Virus record (IMG/VR): IMGVR_UViG_3300031660_000010
Location: 1 to 41,577 of that record
Strand: one strand, 5' to 3'
Origin: a virus
Lineage: Duplodnaviria; Caudoviricetes
Length of the DNA stretch: 41,577 nucleotides
The notes beneath the pieces were generated by a model. It was given only the letters and a program-made list of their open reading frames with translations. It did not search any database and had not been told where the DNA came from. Positions within the stretch are counted from its first letter, which is position 1; each line of letters opens with the position of its first letter. Below are positions 9,084 through 17,722 of this stretch, piece by piece. The translations under genes were made by a program, and so were the position numbers.

Positions 9084-9798
9084 CTTTTATCCTATAAGTT
9101 GTTCTATCAGTCCTAGCTTCGGGTTGTTCTGTAGCAAGACGTTGCCAACACGGAATACTAATAGATAATCGTTTGTCCGAAGGCTCTGCACAATGGTATG
9201 CCCTTGACGGAATATAAAGTGCATCGCCCGGTGTTAATGTTACGTCAATTGCAGTACGTAGTGTATCAGTATTTACCCTGCCGTTCATTCTACCTGTTTT
9301 AAAAAGATATGATATTCTATTTTCATATACTCGCCAACGAGTTTCTCCTTCAACTTGTATTATAAAGTTTGCTGGATAATCGTCATGTATTGTAAACGAC
9401 TTAGATTTTTTTAGGCCAGCATATACGTGTATTGCTGCATGCACATCAAACATTTGTTCAAATGTATCTAGTAATGCATTTGTACTAGCATTACGATACC
9501 CGTAATTTGTAATAATTAAAGTATGTCCATGATTAACATTATCAAATAGGAATTTTTTATCTTGAATAGGTTTATGATAATTCCACGTCTTAGCGTGTGC
9601 AGGTATATTTACTTTTTGATTGTCATGATCAACTAATTCAAAATCATAAAAAGAAGGATTATTCATGCAGTCTGCAACATCGTTCCATGTTAATAGATCT
9701 GAAGGATTATCAATAAAGTCTTTAAAGAAACACGCTTTGTCATCGTTTTCTAAGTCAACTTTTGTGAATATTCTTTCTGCAATATTATTATACATCAA
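9076..9798 (-). CDS. JmjC/cupin_4 (ROX/YcfD-like) protein hydroxylase
   Basis: HVY...SFTIHDD..NFIIQVEGETRWRVY...LTPGDALYIPSRAYHCA, the pattern of JmjC cupin_4 oxygenases. Confidence 0.85.
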   Translation of the reverse strand: MMYNNIAERIFTKVDLENDDKACFFKDFIDNPSDLLTWNDVADCMNNPSFYDFELVDHDNQKVNIPAHAKTWNYHKPIQDKKFLFDNVNHGHTLIITNYGYRNASTNALLDTFEQMFDVHAAIHVYAGLKKSKSFTIHDDYPANFIIQVEGETRWRVYENRISYLFKTGRMNGRVNTDTLRTAIDVTLTPGDALYIPSRAYHCAEPSDKRLSISIPCWQRLATEQPEARTDRTTYRIKDD

Positions 9799-10381
9799 CC
9801 ATCCTCATATTAAATGCTAACGAAATACGTTCGTTATCACTAGTACTAGGCATTACGCCGTGTGGAACATATGACGGAAACAAAATTAATCTTCCAGTCT
9901 TTGGAGGATATCGACAAGTTGCTCCGCTAATAGCAGTGAAGTTGTCTATTTGGCCTGCTGAAGAAATTACAAAGTCTTCTGTAAAGTTTTTATAAAAAAT
10001 TAATTCGCTCTGATCTTGTTCAGCTTGTACATAGTATGTTCCGGAAATAAATGATCCGCCATGTGTATGTATTTGATTAGAGTTACCTTTTTGATTTACA
10101 TTAAACCATCCATTAAGCATTTCTAATTTATATGCACCGTTAACATACCCATAATCATTAAGACAACTCATTGACATATCTGCAACAGCATCTACAAAAT
10201 CTATAAACTCGTTGTGTTCTTGTAATTTAAAGTCTTTCGATTGCCATCCACCATTGTTACTAATTAGTCGACCATCTGGATCTTCTGTACGTAGTTTATT
10301 ACATAACTGCACAATAGGGGTGTTATCTATATTAGTATCTTCCCACCATACAGGTGTCGGAAAGTAAAAATCTGTATTCAT
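9788..10381 (-). CDS. 2OG-Fe(II) oxygenase, TIGR02466 family
   Basis: FPTPVW, SNNGGWQS, WFNVN..HTH..ISGTYYV, LFPSYVPHGV, RISLAFN. Confidence 0.9.
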   Translation of the reverse strand: MNTDFYFPTPVWWEDTNIDNTPIVQLCNKLRTEDPDGRLISNNGGWQSKDFKLQEHNEFIDFVDAVADMSMSCLNDYGYVNGAYKLEMLNGWFNVNQKGNSNQIHTHGGSFISGTYYVQAEQDQSELIFYKNFTEDFVISSAGQIDNFTAISGATCRYPPKTGRLILFPSYVPHGVMPSTSDNERISLAFNMRMVDV

Positions 10382-11187
10382 CTAAAAACGTCCTTCATAC
10401 TAAGTGTGTCGTGTTCAAAAGCAAATGTATGACTCCATCTAAAATCAATAGTTGGATCTATATAAGGACAATGCGGTGTGTTTGACTTATACATTGTAAT
10501 CTTTGAATATTCTCCTGGTACCATTGCTAGTTTTTTAAATCCAAATTCTTCTGCTTCTTCATCACTAAAGTTTTTCCATTGCGGTAGTCTATTAGTTAAC
10601 GATAGGTTTTTATATCTGTTATACAGCGGGTGTGTGTCATCAACTTGAAAGTCATAAAGTAACCCATGTACGTTTCCTGTATATTCGTATAAGTTAGTTC
10701 CGCTGCTTCCATAAGGATGATTACTAAGCCACAAGTTGCCAACAATGCCGTTTGGGTAATCAATGTGCGGTATTCTAAATGCTTCTATAGGTTTACTTTT
10801 ATCCTTCCAATATAAGTTTCCCCATTCGTGTACTGTGTTATTAACTATAGAGCTTTCTACATTGTTAATGTAATATCTTATTATAAGTTCAATTACACAT
10901 CTTGTCAACCATTCCGGTAAATGAATTGTGTCGAAGGGATTTGGATCAGTAGATGTACCTGCGTTATTATTCTTTACTACTGGAAATGCTGCAATAAGAT
11001 TCTTATAAGTTTCAAAGCAGTTTCCGTTAAACGGGTTATCGGCAATCCAATATCCTGTTTTTTCAGTTAATGCAACGTACTCAACATTCCATTCTTCAAT
11101 TGTTTTAACTAACATTTCTTTGTCAAAAGAATTAGCATCAGGAGTACAAAAATTAAAATTTATTGTGTTATCCATTACCGGGTCCAA
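10378..11187 (-). CDS. 2OG-Fe(II) oxygenase-like, divergent DUF6445-type
   Basis: IADNPF, PHID, GNLWL..GTNLY, MYKSNTPHCPYI..RWS. Start may be the Met at 11175. Confidence 0.72.
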   Translation of the reverse strand: MDPVMDNTINFNFCTPDANSFDKEMLVKTIEEWNVEYVALTEKTGYWIADNPFNGNCFETYKNLIAAFPVVKNNNAGTSTDPNPFDTIHLPEWLTRCVIELIIRYYINNVESSIVNNTVHEWGNLYWKDKSKPIEAFRIPHIDYPNGIVGNLWLSNHPYGSSGTNLYEYTGNVHGLLYDFQVDDTHPLYNRYKNLSLTNRLPQWKNFSDEEAEEFGFKKLAMVPGEYSKITMYKSNTPHCPYIDPTIDFRWSHTFAFEHDTLSMKDVFR

Positions 11188-11776
11188 TATTCATAGTCAT
11201 TACAATTCTTTCTTCGTCTGATTTACTTTCTTGTACCCTATGCTTTAGCCAGGCTGGAAAAATAAGAACATCGTTAGTTTCGCACGGCACAGCTTTCCAT
11301 AATTCTTCTTCAGGTATAATAGGAGTATTAGCTTTATGATATTCCAAAGGATCTCTAAATTCAATAAACCCACCTTCTTTAGGAAGTTTAAGATATGCAG
11401 TAACTACAAATAATGAAAAATTATGATTATGTTCTAGAGTTGCGCCACCCTTTTTATGAGTGTTAATCCAAGAATTAGTTACAGTTGATCCACGGTGTTT
11501 ATCAAAATTATTATGTTGCCAAAGTAAATCAAGTGGGTCGCCTATCCACTGTCTAAAGTCGTGTAGCTCTGGCCAAGTATGTGGTGGATCTTGTGGTGCT
11601 GACGCAGTTGAAAACGCTGCGCCAGTTTCTAAGACCGAATTATTAGGTGTTTGTGAGGTAAGTTCAGATATTAAACTAGTTAAGGTCTCGTATGGAAAAT
11701 TATACTTAAATTTCCATACAAGTTTTGGAAACGGCGATACATCAATTGCATTAAGCTGTTGCGACACTTGACTCAT
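11168..11776 (-). CDS. 2OG-Fe(II) oxygenase, TIGR02466 family
   Basis: PFP, SWIN..EHNH..TAYL, IEFRDP, IFPAWLKHRV, RIVMTMN. Confidence 0.88.
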   Translation of the reverse strand: MSQVSQQLNAIDVSPFPKLVWKFKYNFPYETLTSLISELTSQTPNNSVLETGAAFSTASAPQDPPHTWPELHDFRQWIGDPLDLLWQHNNFDKHRGSTVTNSWINTHKKGGATLEHNHNFSLFVVTAYLKLPKEGGFIEFRDPLEYHKANTPIIPEEELWKAVPCETNDVLIFPAWLKHRVQESKSDEERIVMTMNIGPGNG

Positions 11777-11996
11777 AAGTATCTTTCGCTAGCTGTAATC
11801 CCATGATGCAACCTTCCATCTTTGTTGCATCTTCTAACAACTCTTGTCTTCCTTGGAAGTCAATAGATGTAATCCCATAAGGATTTAATTTAACATCAGC
11901 AAAGTCTTTTTCCATCTCTGCTAATTTTTCTTTTGCTTCTGCTAAAGATGCTTCTACTTTAGTAATTGCGATATCGAGTTCGATATTGAAGTCCAT
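11751..11996 (-). CDS. small acidic helical/coiled-coil protein (81 aa)
   Basis: AGGAG RBS upstream, overlaps both neighbours, heptad-like pattern (ITKVEASLAEAKEKLAEMEK). Confidence 0.72.
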   Translation of the reverse strand: MDFNIELDIAITKVEASLAEAKEKLAEMEKDFADVKLNPYGITSIDFQGRQELLEDATKMEGCIMGLQLAKDTYESSVATA

Positions 11997-12787
11997 AATG
12001 TATTTCTCCTATTGTGTTTGTACTTAGTCATTACTGCCATGGTTCTTTTTAATCTTGACTTGAGGCTGTCGTGCTTTAAAAATATAGAATCGTTTGAATA
12101 GTTAAATGCTTTTTCTAATTCTTTGTCATCTTGCGTTGCATCGTCGACTATTAAATCTATATTGCTAATATTAAAATTACGCTGCACTGGAATATAGTGC
12201 ATTAATGGTGTACCTGCTTTAATTAGTGTTTCGCCTTCTAACACATGCCAATATAACTGTGCATTAACTACGTGTCCATAACGAGGATCTAATATCCCAT
12301 GTGCTGCTGTAAAGCGAGCTTCGTTATTATATGCTATAGGGACCTGTAATAATAAAATATCATCAGACGCTTTTACTCTCCAAGGTGTGTCTACTTTTAC
12401 AGCTACCTTTAATGATTTTTTAGGATCATCTAATGTAATTTCTGTTTGATGTTGGTTATGGTATCCAATATATCGTTTATTATCACCATCTTCGGTATTA
12501 AATCTTCTTGCTTCGGACCATTCAAATGTTGTATTATTATTTGCATCAGTTCTTATTGTAAAGTCTGCAGGAGCACATACTACATACCCCATTGACACTA
12601 ATTTAGTAATTCCAGGGCAGTTTTTGGTGTGCATACTACCGTTATCTGGATCAGGAGGATCATTCCGTTGCATCCAACTACGCTTTAGTTTATGCGCAGG
12701 TATAATCGGAAAGACTTCTGCAACGCCAGGTTCCATTGAGTAAAAACGAACCCAAGACTTTTCTTTTTTAAACATCATCGATCCCAT
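11954..12787 (-). CDS. conserved phage protein, DUF6065/dUTPase-fold-like, function unknown
   Basis: TKNCPG..GYVV..PADF, TPWRV, GILD, IKAGTPL..IP motifs. Start may be at 12778 or 12775. Confidence 0.6.
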   Translation of the reverse strand: MGSMMFKKEKSWVRFYSMEPGVAEVFPIIPAHKLKRSWMQRNDPPDPDNGSMHTKNCPGITKLVSMGYVVCAPADFTIRTDANNNTTFEWSEARRFNTEDGDNKRYIGYHNQHQTEITLDDPKKSLKVAVKVDTPWRVKASDDILLLQVPIAYNNEARFTAAHGILDPRYGHVVNAQLYWHVLEGETLIKAGTPLMHYIPVQRNFNISNIDLIVDDATQDDKELEKAFNYSNDSIFLKHDSLKSRLKRTMAVMTKYKHNRRNTLWTSISNSISQLLK

Positions 12788-14363
12788 TATATATACGTTG
12801 TTTTAAAAATTCATAGTGTGTAGGCATTTTATTTACTTCTTCTATTATATATTTTTCGTATGCTTCAAAGTTCTTTTTTGTAAACTCTAACTGTTCTAGT
12901 CTGTTAGGTTTACTAAGTATTATTTCTTTTGTTGACAATGGTCTAAATCCCATACCGGCAGCAATATATAATGCAGCAACAAATGTAGTATCTGGATACT
13001 TCCTAGCACTAGTTACTGTTCCTAGTAGGTTTGTATACTGTTGGCTTTTAGGTAACCATTCTTCAAAGTAGTTTTTTTCGTATTCGTGTTCTTCTGTGCA
13101 ATATTTCCAGTAAGGTGTATCAGTACGCATTGAAAGAGAATAATGCATAGAAATAAAATCTCTAAACTTTAATACTTCTATTTCTGTACTAAAGTTGAAT
13201 GCTTCTATTTCTGTTCTACCAATAAAGCCGTTTCTTCTGTTTAACATCTCTACTAGTTTAACAATGTTTTCGTGTGTTGTCAAGAGGCCTGTTGACTCTA
13301 ATGGTTCAACAAATCCATAACTTAGACCAATGCCTACTACGTTCTTAACCCACGCACGTTCTCTTCTACCATGTCGCATATTAACGTGATACATCTCTGC
13401 ATTTTCTGCACGTTCTATTGATCCGGTTGTTTTTAAGTGTTCAATAAACTCTTGTTTAGCATCTTCAGCAGTTGTAAACTTTGACGAATACACATAGCCT
13501 GTACCAATACGATTCCATAATGGTATGTGCCAAACCCAACCATTACCCAATGCATGACAGTCGGTGTAGTTGTGCATTTCTTCATCTTTGTTCTCGTAAG
13601 GCACACGGCAAGCCCAGGCACTGTCATTATGTAAGTGGCTATCAAAGGATTTAAACTTTGATCCCATACATTGCTCTAACAACATAGAACTAAATCCAGT
13701 ACAGTCTAACCAAAGATCTGAAGTTAATACAGTTCCGTTATCTAATGTTAAACTTTCTAAATTACCTTTATCATCTTTTTTCTGATCAACTACTGTAGCT
13801 TTAATGTGTTTAACATTATTAGGAAGTGCAACTTTATCTCGCATGTACTCGCCAAATAATTTTGCATCAGTGTGATATGCAGTATCCCATTTAAAATTAT
13901 AATGTCTATAAAAGTTACCGTCATTGGCAGTTTGTTTATTTGCATCAGCTATGTGTGTATGCAATGTAGCATAAAACCTAGCAAATGTATCAGGAGTATA
14001 TTCATTAGGGTATAGTGTTGCTAACTCTGAATGTGTTTCAACGCCGCCTATTTTGTCTGTTAAGTCTAAACCTTCACTAAAGGGATATTGAAAACTAGTT
14101 CCGTCATTTTCTCTAAAATTTGTAAATCGAATAGAGTTCTTATATGTTGCATTACAAGCAGCCATCCAATCTTCGTCTTCTAGACCTAAGTAATCTAAAA
14201 ACAAATTAATTTGTCCTAGTGTACTTTCTCCAACGCCTACTGTTGCAATATCAGGTGATTCAACTAGAACAACATCAACCTCTGGACACAGTTTACTTAG
14301 TGCAGCAGCAGCCATCCATCCACTAGACCCACCGCCAACTATAGTAGTAGTTTTAATCTTCAT
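12768..14363 (-). CDS. flavin-dependent halogenase 2
   Basis: Start re-called to MKIKTTTIVGGGSSG (14363). VGVGEST, ATYKNSIRF, GWVWHIP, FVEPLESTG. Confidence 0.92.
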   Translation of the reverse strand: MKIKTTTIVGGGSSGWMAAAALSKLCPEVDVVLVESPDIATVGVGESTLGQINLFLDYLGLEDEDWMAACNATYKNSIRFTNFRENDGTSFQYPFSEGLDLTDKIGGVETHSELATLYPNEYTPDTFARFYATLHTHIADANKQTANDGNFYRHYNFKWDTAYHTDAKLFGEYMRDKVALPNNVKHIKATVVDQKKDDKGNLESLTLDNGTVLTSDLWLDCTGFSSMLLEQCMGSKFKSFDSHLHNDSAWACRVPYENKDEEMHNYTDCHALGNGWVWHIPLWNRIGTGYVYSSKFTTAEDAKQEFIEHLKTTGSIERAENAEMYHVNMRHGRRERAWVKNVVGIGLSYGFVEPLESTGLLTTHENIVKLVEMLNRRNGFIGRTEIEAFNFSTEIEVLKFRDFISMHYSLSMRTDTPYWKYCTEEHEYEKNYFEEWLPKSQQYTNLLGTVTSARKYPDTTFVAALYIAAGMGFRPLSTKEIILSKPNRLEQLEFTKKNFEAYEKYIIEEVNKMPTHYEFLKQRIYNGIDDV

Positions 14364-15984
14364 AGTTGTCAACACCGCCATATATCTCATCTTTTAAGAA
14401 CTGATAATGACTTGGCAATGTATCCATATATTCCGTTAAGGTTTCCTGTTGTTTGTGATATTCTTGGCGCGAATGCTCTAATGCTTCTATGCCGTTAATG
14501 GTGATTGCAGACCTTGCATCACCATTACTGTATTCTTCGCGAACTGTTTCTGGAGTTGAATGCGTATTAATTCCCATACCGGCGGCTATATAGTTTGCAC
14601 CTTGGTTTGCTTCTTGAAAGGTATTTGCACTCTGAAGAGCTACTAATAAATTAGTATAAACATTATATTGAGGAATAAAATCATTAAACTGTAAAGGATG
14701 ATATTCGTTAGTTTGAGTTGCCCAGCGCCAATAAGGAGTATCAGTACGCATTGATAATGCATAGTGCATAGATACAAAATCTCTAAAGCCAACTAAGTCA
14801 TACTCTACACTAAAGTTATATGCTTCTTTTTCTGAATTAGTTATATATCCTTTGCGTCGATTTATTAGATCAACTAATTTAAGAATGTTTTCGTGTGTAG
14901 TTAACAATCCTGTTGACTCTAATGGTTCAACAAATCCGTAACTTAGGCCAATACCTACTACATTTTTTACAAATGCTTTGCGTCGATATCCGTGTTTAAT
15001 TTTTATATGGAACATGTCTGCGGCATCAGCAATTTCTTTTCCGTATGTTGCTTCTAGATGTTCTTTAAATTCTATCTGTGCGCCTTCTTTACTAATAAAC
15101 CTACTAGAGAAACAATAACCTGTACCAATTCTACTCCATAGCGGAATGTTCCATACCCATCCATTGCCAAGTGCATGACAATCAGTAACATTGTGCATTT
15201 GCTCTTCTCTATTAGTATACGGAAGTCTACATGCCCACGCACTGTCATTAGCAAGATGTTTATCAAACGGAATAAACTCTTGACCCATCCATCCTTCTAA
15301 TAACATTGATTTAAATCCAGTACAATCAATAAACAAATCAGCACATACGTTAGTTCCGTCTTCACATAATATTGTAGTAAGATTTTCTTTACTGTCTTTA
15401 ATATACGAATGCACGTCACCTATTTTATGCACTACACCATTAGGAATACATATAGCATCTTTTAAGTACTCTCCAAATAATCCGGCATCTAAGTGATATG
15501 CAGTATCATACTCAAAGTTAAAATGCCTTAGTGCGCGGTCTTTATTTCTAGTTTGTTTATTATGTAATGCAAGTGCAGTATTAGATGATGCATACATTTT
15601 TGCAAATGTATCAGGAGTAAATTCGTCGGGGTATAATGCAGCTAGGTGTCCGTGTGTTGCTAATCCTGAATTACAGTCAGTAAAATCATAGCCAGCACCA
15701 AATGGATATTCAAAACTAGTTCCGTCATTTTCTCTAAAGTTTGTAAAACGAATAGAGTTTTTATATGTTGCATTACATGCAGGCATCCAGTCTTCGTCTT
15801 TTAACCCTAGTAATTTTAAATACCTGTTTATGTGCCCTAGTGTACTTTCTCCGACTCCAACAGTTCCGATCTTTTTAGATTCAACTAATGTAACAGTTAC
15901 ATTAGGGCAAAGTTTACTTAGTGCAGCCGCTGTCATCCAGCCGCTTGATCCACCGCCAATAATTGCTATATTTTTAATATCCAT
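14353..15984 (-). CDS. flavin-dependent halogenase 1 (first gene of the enzyme operon)
   Basis: IGGGSSG, VGVGEST, ATYKNSIRF, GWVWNIP, FVEPLESTG. AGGAG RBS at 15990-15994. Confidence 0.93.
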   Translation of the reverse strand: MDIKNIAIIGGGSSGWMTAAALSKLCPNVTVTLVESKKIGTVGVGESTLGHINRYLKLLGLKDEDWMPACNATYKNSIRFTNFRENDGTSFEYPFGAGYDFTDCNSGLATHGHLAALYPDEFTPDTFAKMYASSNTALALHNKQTRNKDRALRHFNFEYDTAYHLDAGLFGEYLKDAICIPNGVVHKIGDVHSYIKDSKENLTTILCEDGTNVCADLFIDCTGFKSMLLEGWMGQEFIPFDKHLANDSAWACRLPYTNREEQMHNVTDCHALGNGWVWNIPLWSRIGTGYCFSSRFISKEGAQIEFKEHLEATYGKEIADAADMFHIKIKHGYRRKAFVKNVVGIGLSYGFVEPLESTGLLTTHENILKLVDLINRRKGYITNSEKEAYNFSVEYDLVGFRDFVSMHYALSMRTDTPYWRWATQTNEYHPLQFNDFIPQYNVYTNLLVALQSANTFQEANQGANYIAAGMGINTHSTPETVREEYSNGDARSAITINGIEALEHSRQEYHKQQETLTEYMDTLPSHYQFLKDEIYGGVDNYED

Positions 15985-16011
15985 AAAAACTCCTAGTTTG
16001 TGTATATCTAA

Positions 16012-16019
16012 TATTTATA
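16012..16019 (-). promoter_or_regulatory. T4-type late promoter TATAAATA
   Basis: Exact consensus on the minus strand, intergenic, 27 nt upstream of the halogenase 1 ATG and just downstream of a terminator-like hairpin. Confidence 0.75.
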
Positions 16020-16050
16020 AGCACTTCGGCACATAATTTTTAAATGTGGT

Positions 16051-16081
16051 AAGACAGAACCAGGAGCCTTAAAGACTCCTG
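16051..16081 (-). terminator. intrinsic terminator-like hairpin closing the structural block
   Basis: CAGGAGTCT-TTA-AGGCTCCTG stem-loop (one G:U pair) followed by GTTCTGTCTT, ~23 nt after the 16105 stop. The U-tract is imperfect. Confidence 0.6.
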
Positions 16082-16104
16082 ATTTATATTATAAAATTTG
16101 TAGT

Positions 16105-16329
16105 TTATGCAGTTGCAGTATAAGCTGGACCAGTAGTCCTGTACCTATATACACCTCTAGTACCTTTGTATAGCATTTCAGCAGCATCATAAGTTAACGT
16201 AAGATTTGATGCGTCTAACGTTACTACTATGTTATCTTTCTTTACAAACGATACTAAGGGACATGAAGTCGAGTTTCCAAGTCCTATGTTATCTACAAGT
16301 ACTGGGCTAACAGCAGTTAGTGTTGGCAT
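16105..16329 (-). CDS. small hypothetical protein (74 aa)
   Basis: Strong AAGGAGA RBS. Last gene before the terminator. Confidence 0.75.
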   Translation of the reverse strand: MPTLTAVSPVLVDNIGLGNSTSCPLVSFVKKDNIVVTLDASNLTLTYDAAEMLYKGTRGVYRYRTTGPAYTATA

Positions 16330-16354
16330 AATTATTCTCCTTTAAATTCTTTTA

Positions 16355-16846
16355 TTACTGATTGCCGTGCCATCCGCTACAACGTTTCCAGCATGGCATT
16401 TCTATACTAGACAGTTTGGCTGGGTTATCAGCACTTGGTTCAGTAACTGCCTCTAGTGCCATCTGCTCTTCCTCTGTTACAGCTTCAGCGCTAGCTGGAA
16501 CCGCAGCAAATGTTGATTTAACTCCTGCAATATGCGAGGCCCAAGGACCTGATGCGCTTATACTACCTTCAGCAGCAATCTCTTTATAAATCATGTCTAA
16601 TTGATCACCTACATCACCGTATGCAATTTTTCTTGCTATTTCTGGATCAGTAAATGGAGCTCCTCTCTCTACCCATATCATTGTTTCTTGTGCCGGGCTC
16701 CACTCTAGTGTCCAGTCAAGTTGTACATCGTCAGGTGCGTCTACCCATTGGATAGTTGCATCGTCTCCGTTGTAAATTTCAAAATCGTCTCCGGGCTCTT
16801 CAATCTGTCCAATTGTTCCCTGAATATCCATTAATGCTTTTTTCAT
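16355..16846 (-). CDS. tail fibre assembly chaperone-like protein
   Basis: RKIAYGDVGDQLDMIY...W..HI..VK motif, recalled as typical of small genes following phage fibre genes. Directly downstream of the adhesin-like triplet. Confidence 0.62.
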   Translation of the reverse strand: MKKALMDIQGTIGQIEEPGDDFEIYNGDDATIQWVDAPDDVQLDWTLEWSPAQETMIWVERGAPFTDPEIARKIAYGDVGDQLDMIYKEIAAEGSISASGPWASHIAGVKSTFAAVPASAEAVTEEEQMALEAVTEPSADNPAKLSSIEMPCWKRCSGWHGNQ

Positions 16847-16847
16847 T

Positions 16848-17696
16848 TTATCTATACTCCGTTATTACGGCCATTCCAGGTCGTCCATTTGAGCCTCTAT
16901 GGCTATTGTAATATCCACCGCGGCCACCTGAGCCCGGTGCGCTGTGTGATTGGTGATTGTGTGCGAAGTTACCACCTTGTGGGTGACCTCCTGCTGTTGA
17001 GCCGCCCCAAAAACTCTTTCCACCAGGGCCAATACTTTCGTGATGACTGCCGCCACCACCGCCATATATGTTTACTGTACCACCACTACCTACGCCACCT
17101 AAGCCGCCTGAGTGTTGGTTATTTCTATTTGCTCCATATCCACCGCCGCAAGATAGGTAAGGTCCAAAGCTACTACCACCTCCATTACCGCCTGCACCTG
17201 AATAATATGTGCCATTTGATTCACCACTAATTGATACTGACGAACTTGAAATACCAGTTACATCGAGTATACGTTCTGCATAGCCACCAGCTCCGCCACT
17301 TTCTCCGTGACCAGATCCAGCACCACCGCCGCCTACTAATGCAATATGTATATACCTAACGCCTGAAGGTCTATTCCATGTACCACTACCAGTAAATGTT
17401 TGAATACTACGAAGTCCAATATCACCGTAAACGTTACTACTACCATTTGAGCGTAAAACTTGATTAGCACTACCAACTGATGTTAGTCCAGTACCACCTT
17501 TGGATACTGCTGCTGTTCCCGTAACAACATTAGTACCTAAATTAACTGCGTTCGTTGCTAGTTTATTAGATCCAACAGCACTGTTAGCTATTTTAGCAGT
17601 AGTTACTGCATTGTTAGCAATATCAGAATTTTGAACATTGCCGTCAACAATGCTGTCTGAAGTAATCCTTTTTAGTGAATCGTAATTAAATGCCAT
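16848..17696 (-). CDS. glycine/histidine-rich tail fibre tip (adhesin-like) protein, copy 3
   Basis: N-terminal (I/L)ANxAV stalk repeats, then FTGSGTWNRPSGVRYI..VGGGGAG opening a polyglycine domain. Confidence 0.8.
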   Translation of the reverse strand: MAFNYDSLKRITSDSIVDGNVQNSDIANNAVTTAKIANSAVGSNKLATNAVNLGTNVVTGTAAVSKGGTGLTSVGSANQVLRSNGSSNVYGDIGLRSIQTFTGSGTWNRPSGVRYIHIALVGGGGAGSGHGESGGAGGYAERILDVTGISSSSVSISGESNGTYYSGAGGNGGGSSFGPYLSCGGGYGANRNNQHSGGLGGVGSGGTVNIYGGGGGSHHESIGPGGKSFWGGSTAGGHPQGGNFAHNHQSHSAPGSGGRGGYYNSHRGSNGRPGMAVITEYR

Positions 17697-17714
17697 TTCT
17701 TTTCCTCTTGTATA

Positions 17715-17722
17715 TACTTATC
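17715..17722 (-). promoter_or_regulatory. possible variant late promoter (GATAAGTA)
   Basis: Mostly intergenic (overlaps the upstream stop), 18 nt upstream of the 17696 ATG. Two mismatches to TATAAATA. Confidence 0.3.

Noticed and set aside
4180-11776. Radical Fe/2OG halogenases among the oxygenases
   Set aside because: These need HxG/HxA in place of HxD. All motifs read here are HxD or HxH.
2641-15984. Bacterial pyrrolnitrin/rebeccamycin-type biosynthetic cluster (prnA naming)
   Set aside because: No prnB/C/D or scaffold enzymes, and the context is phage structural genes, so no gene symbol was assigned.
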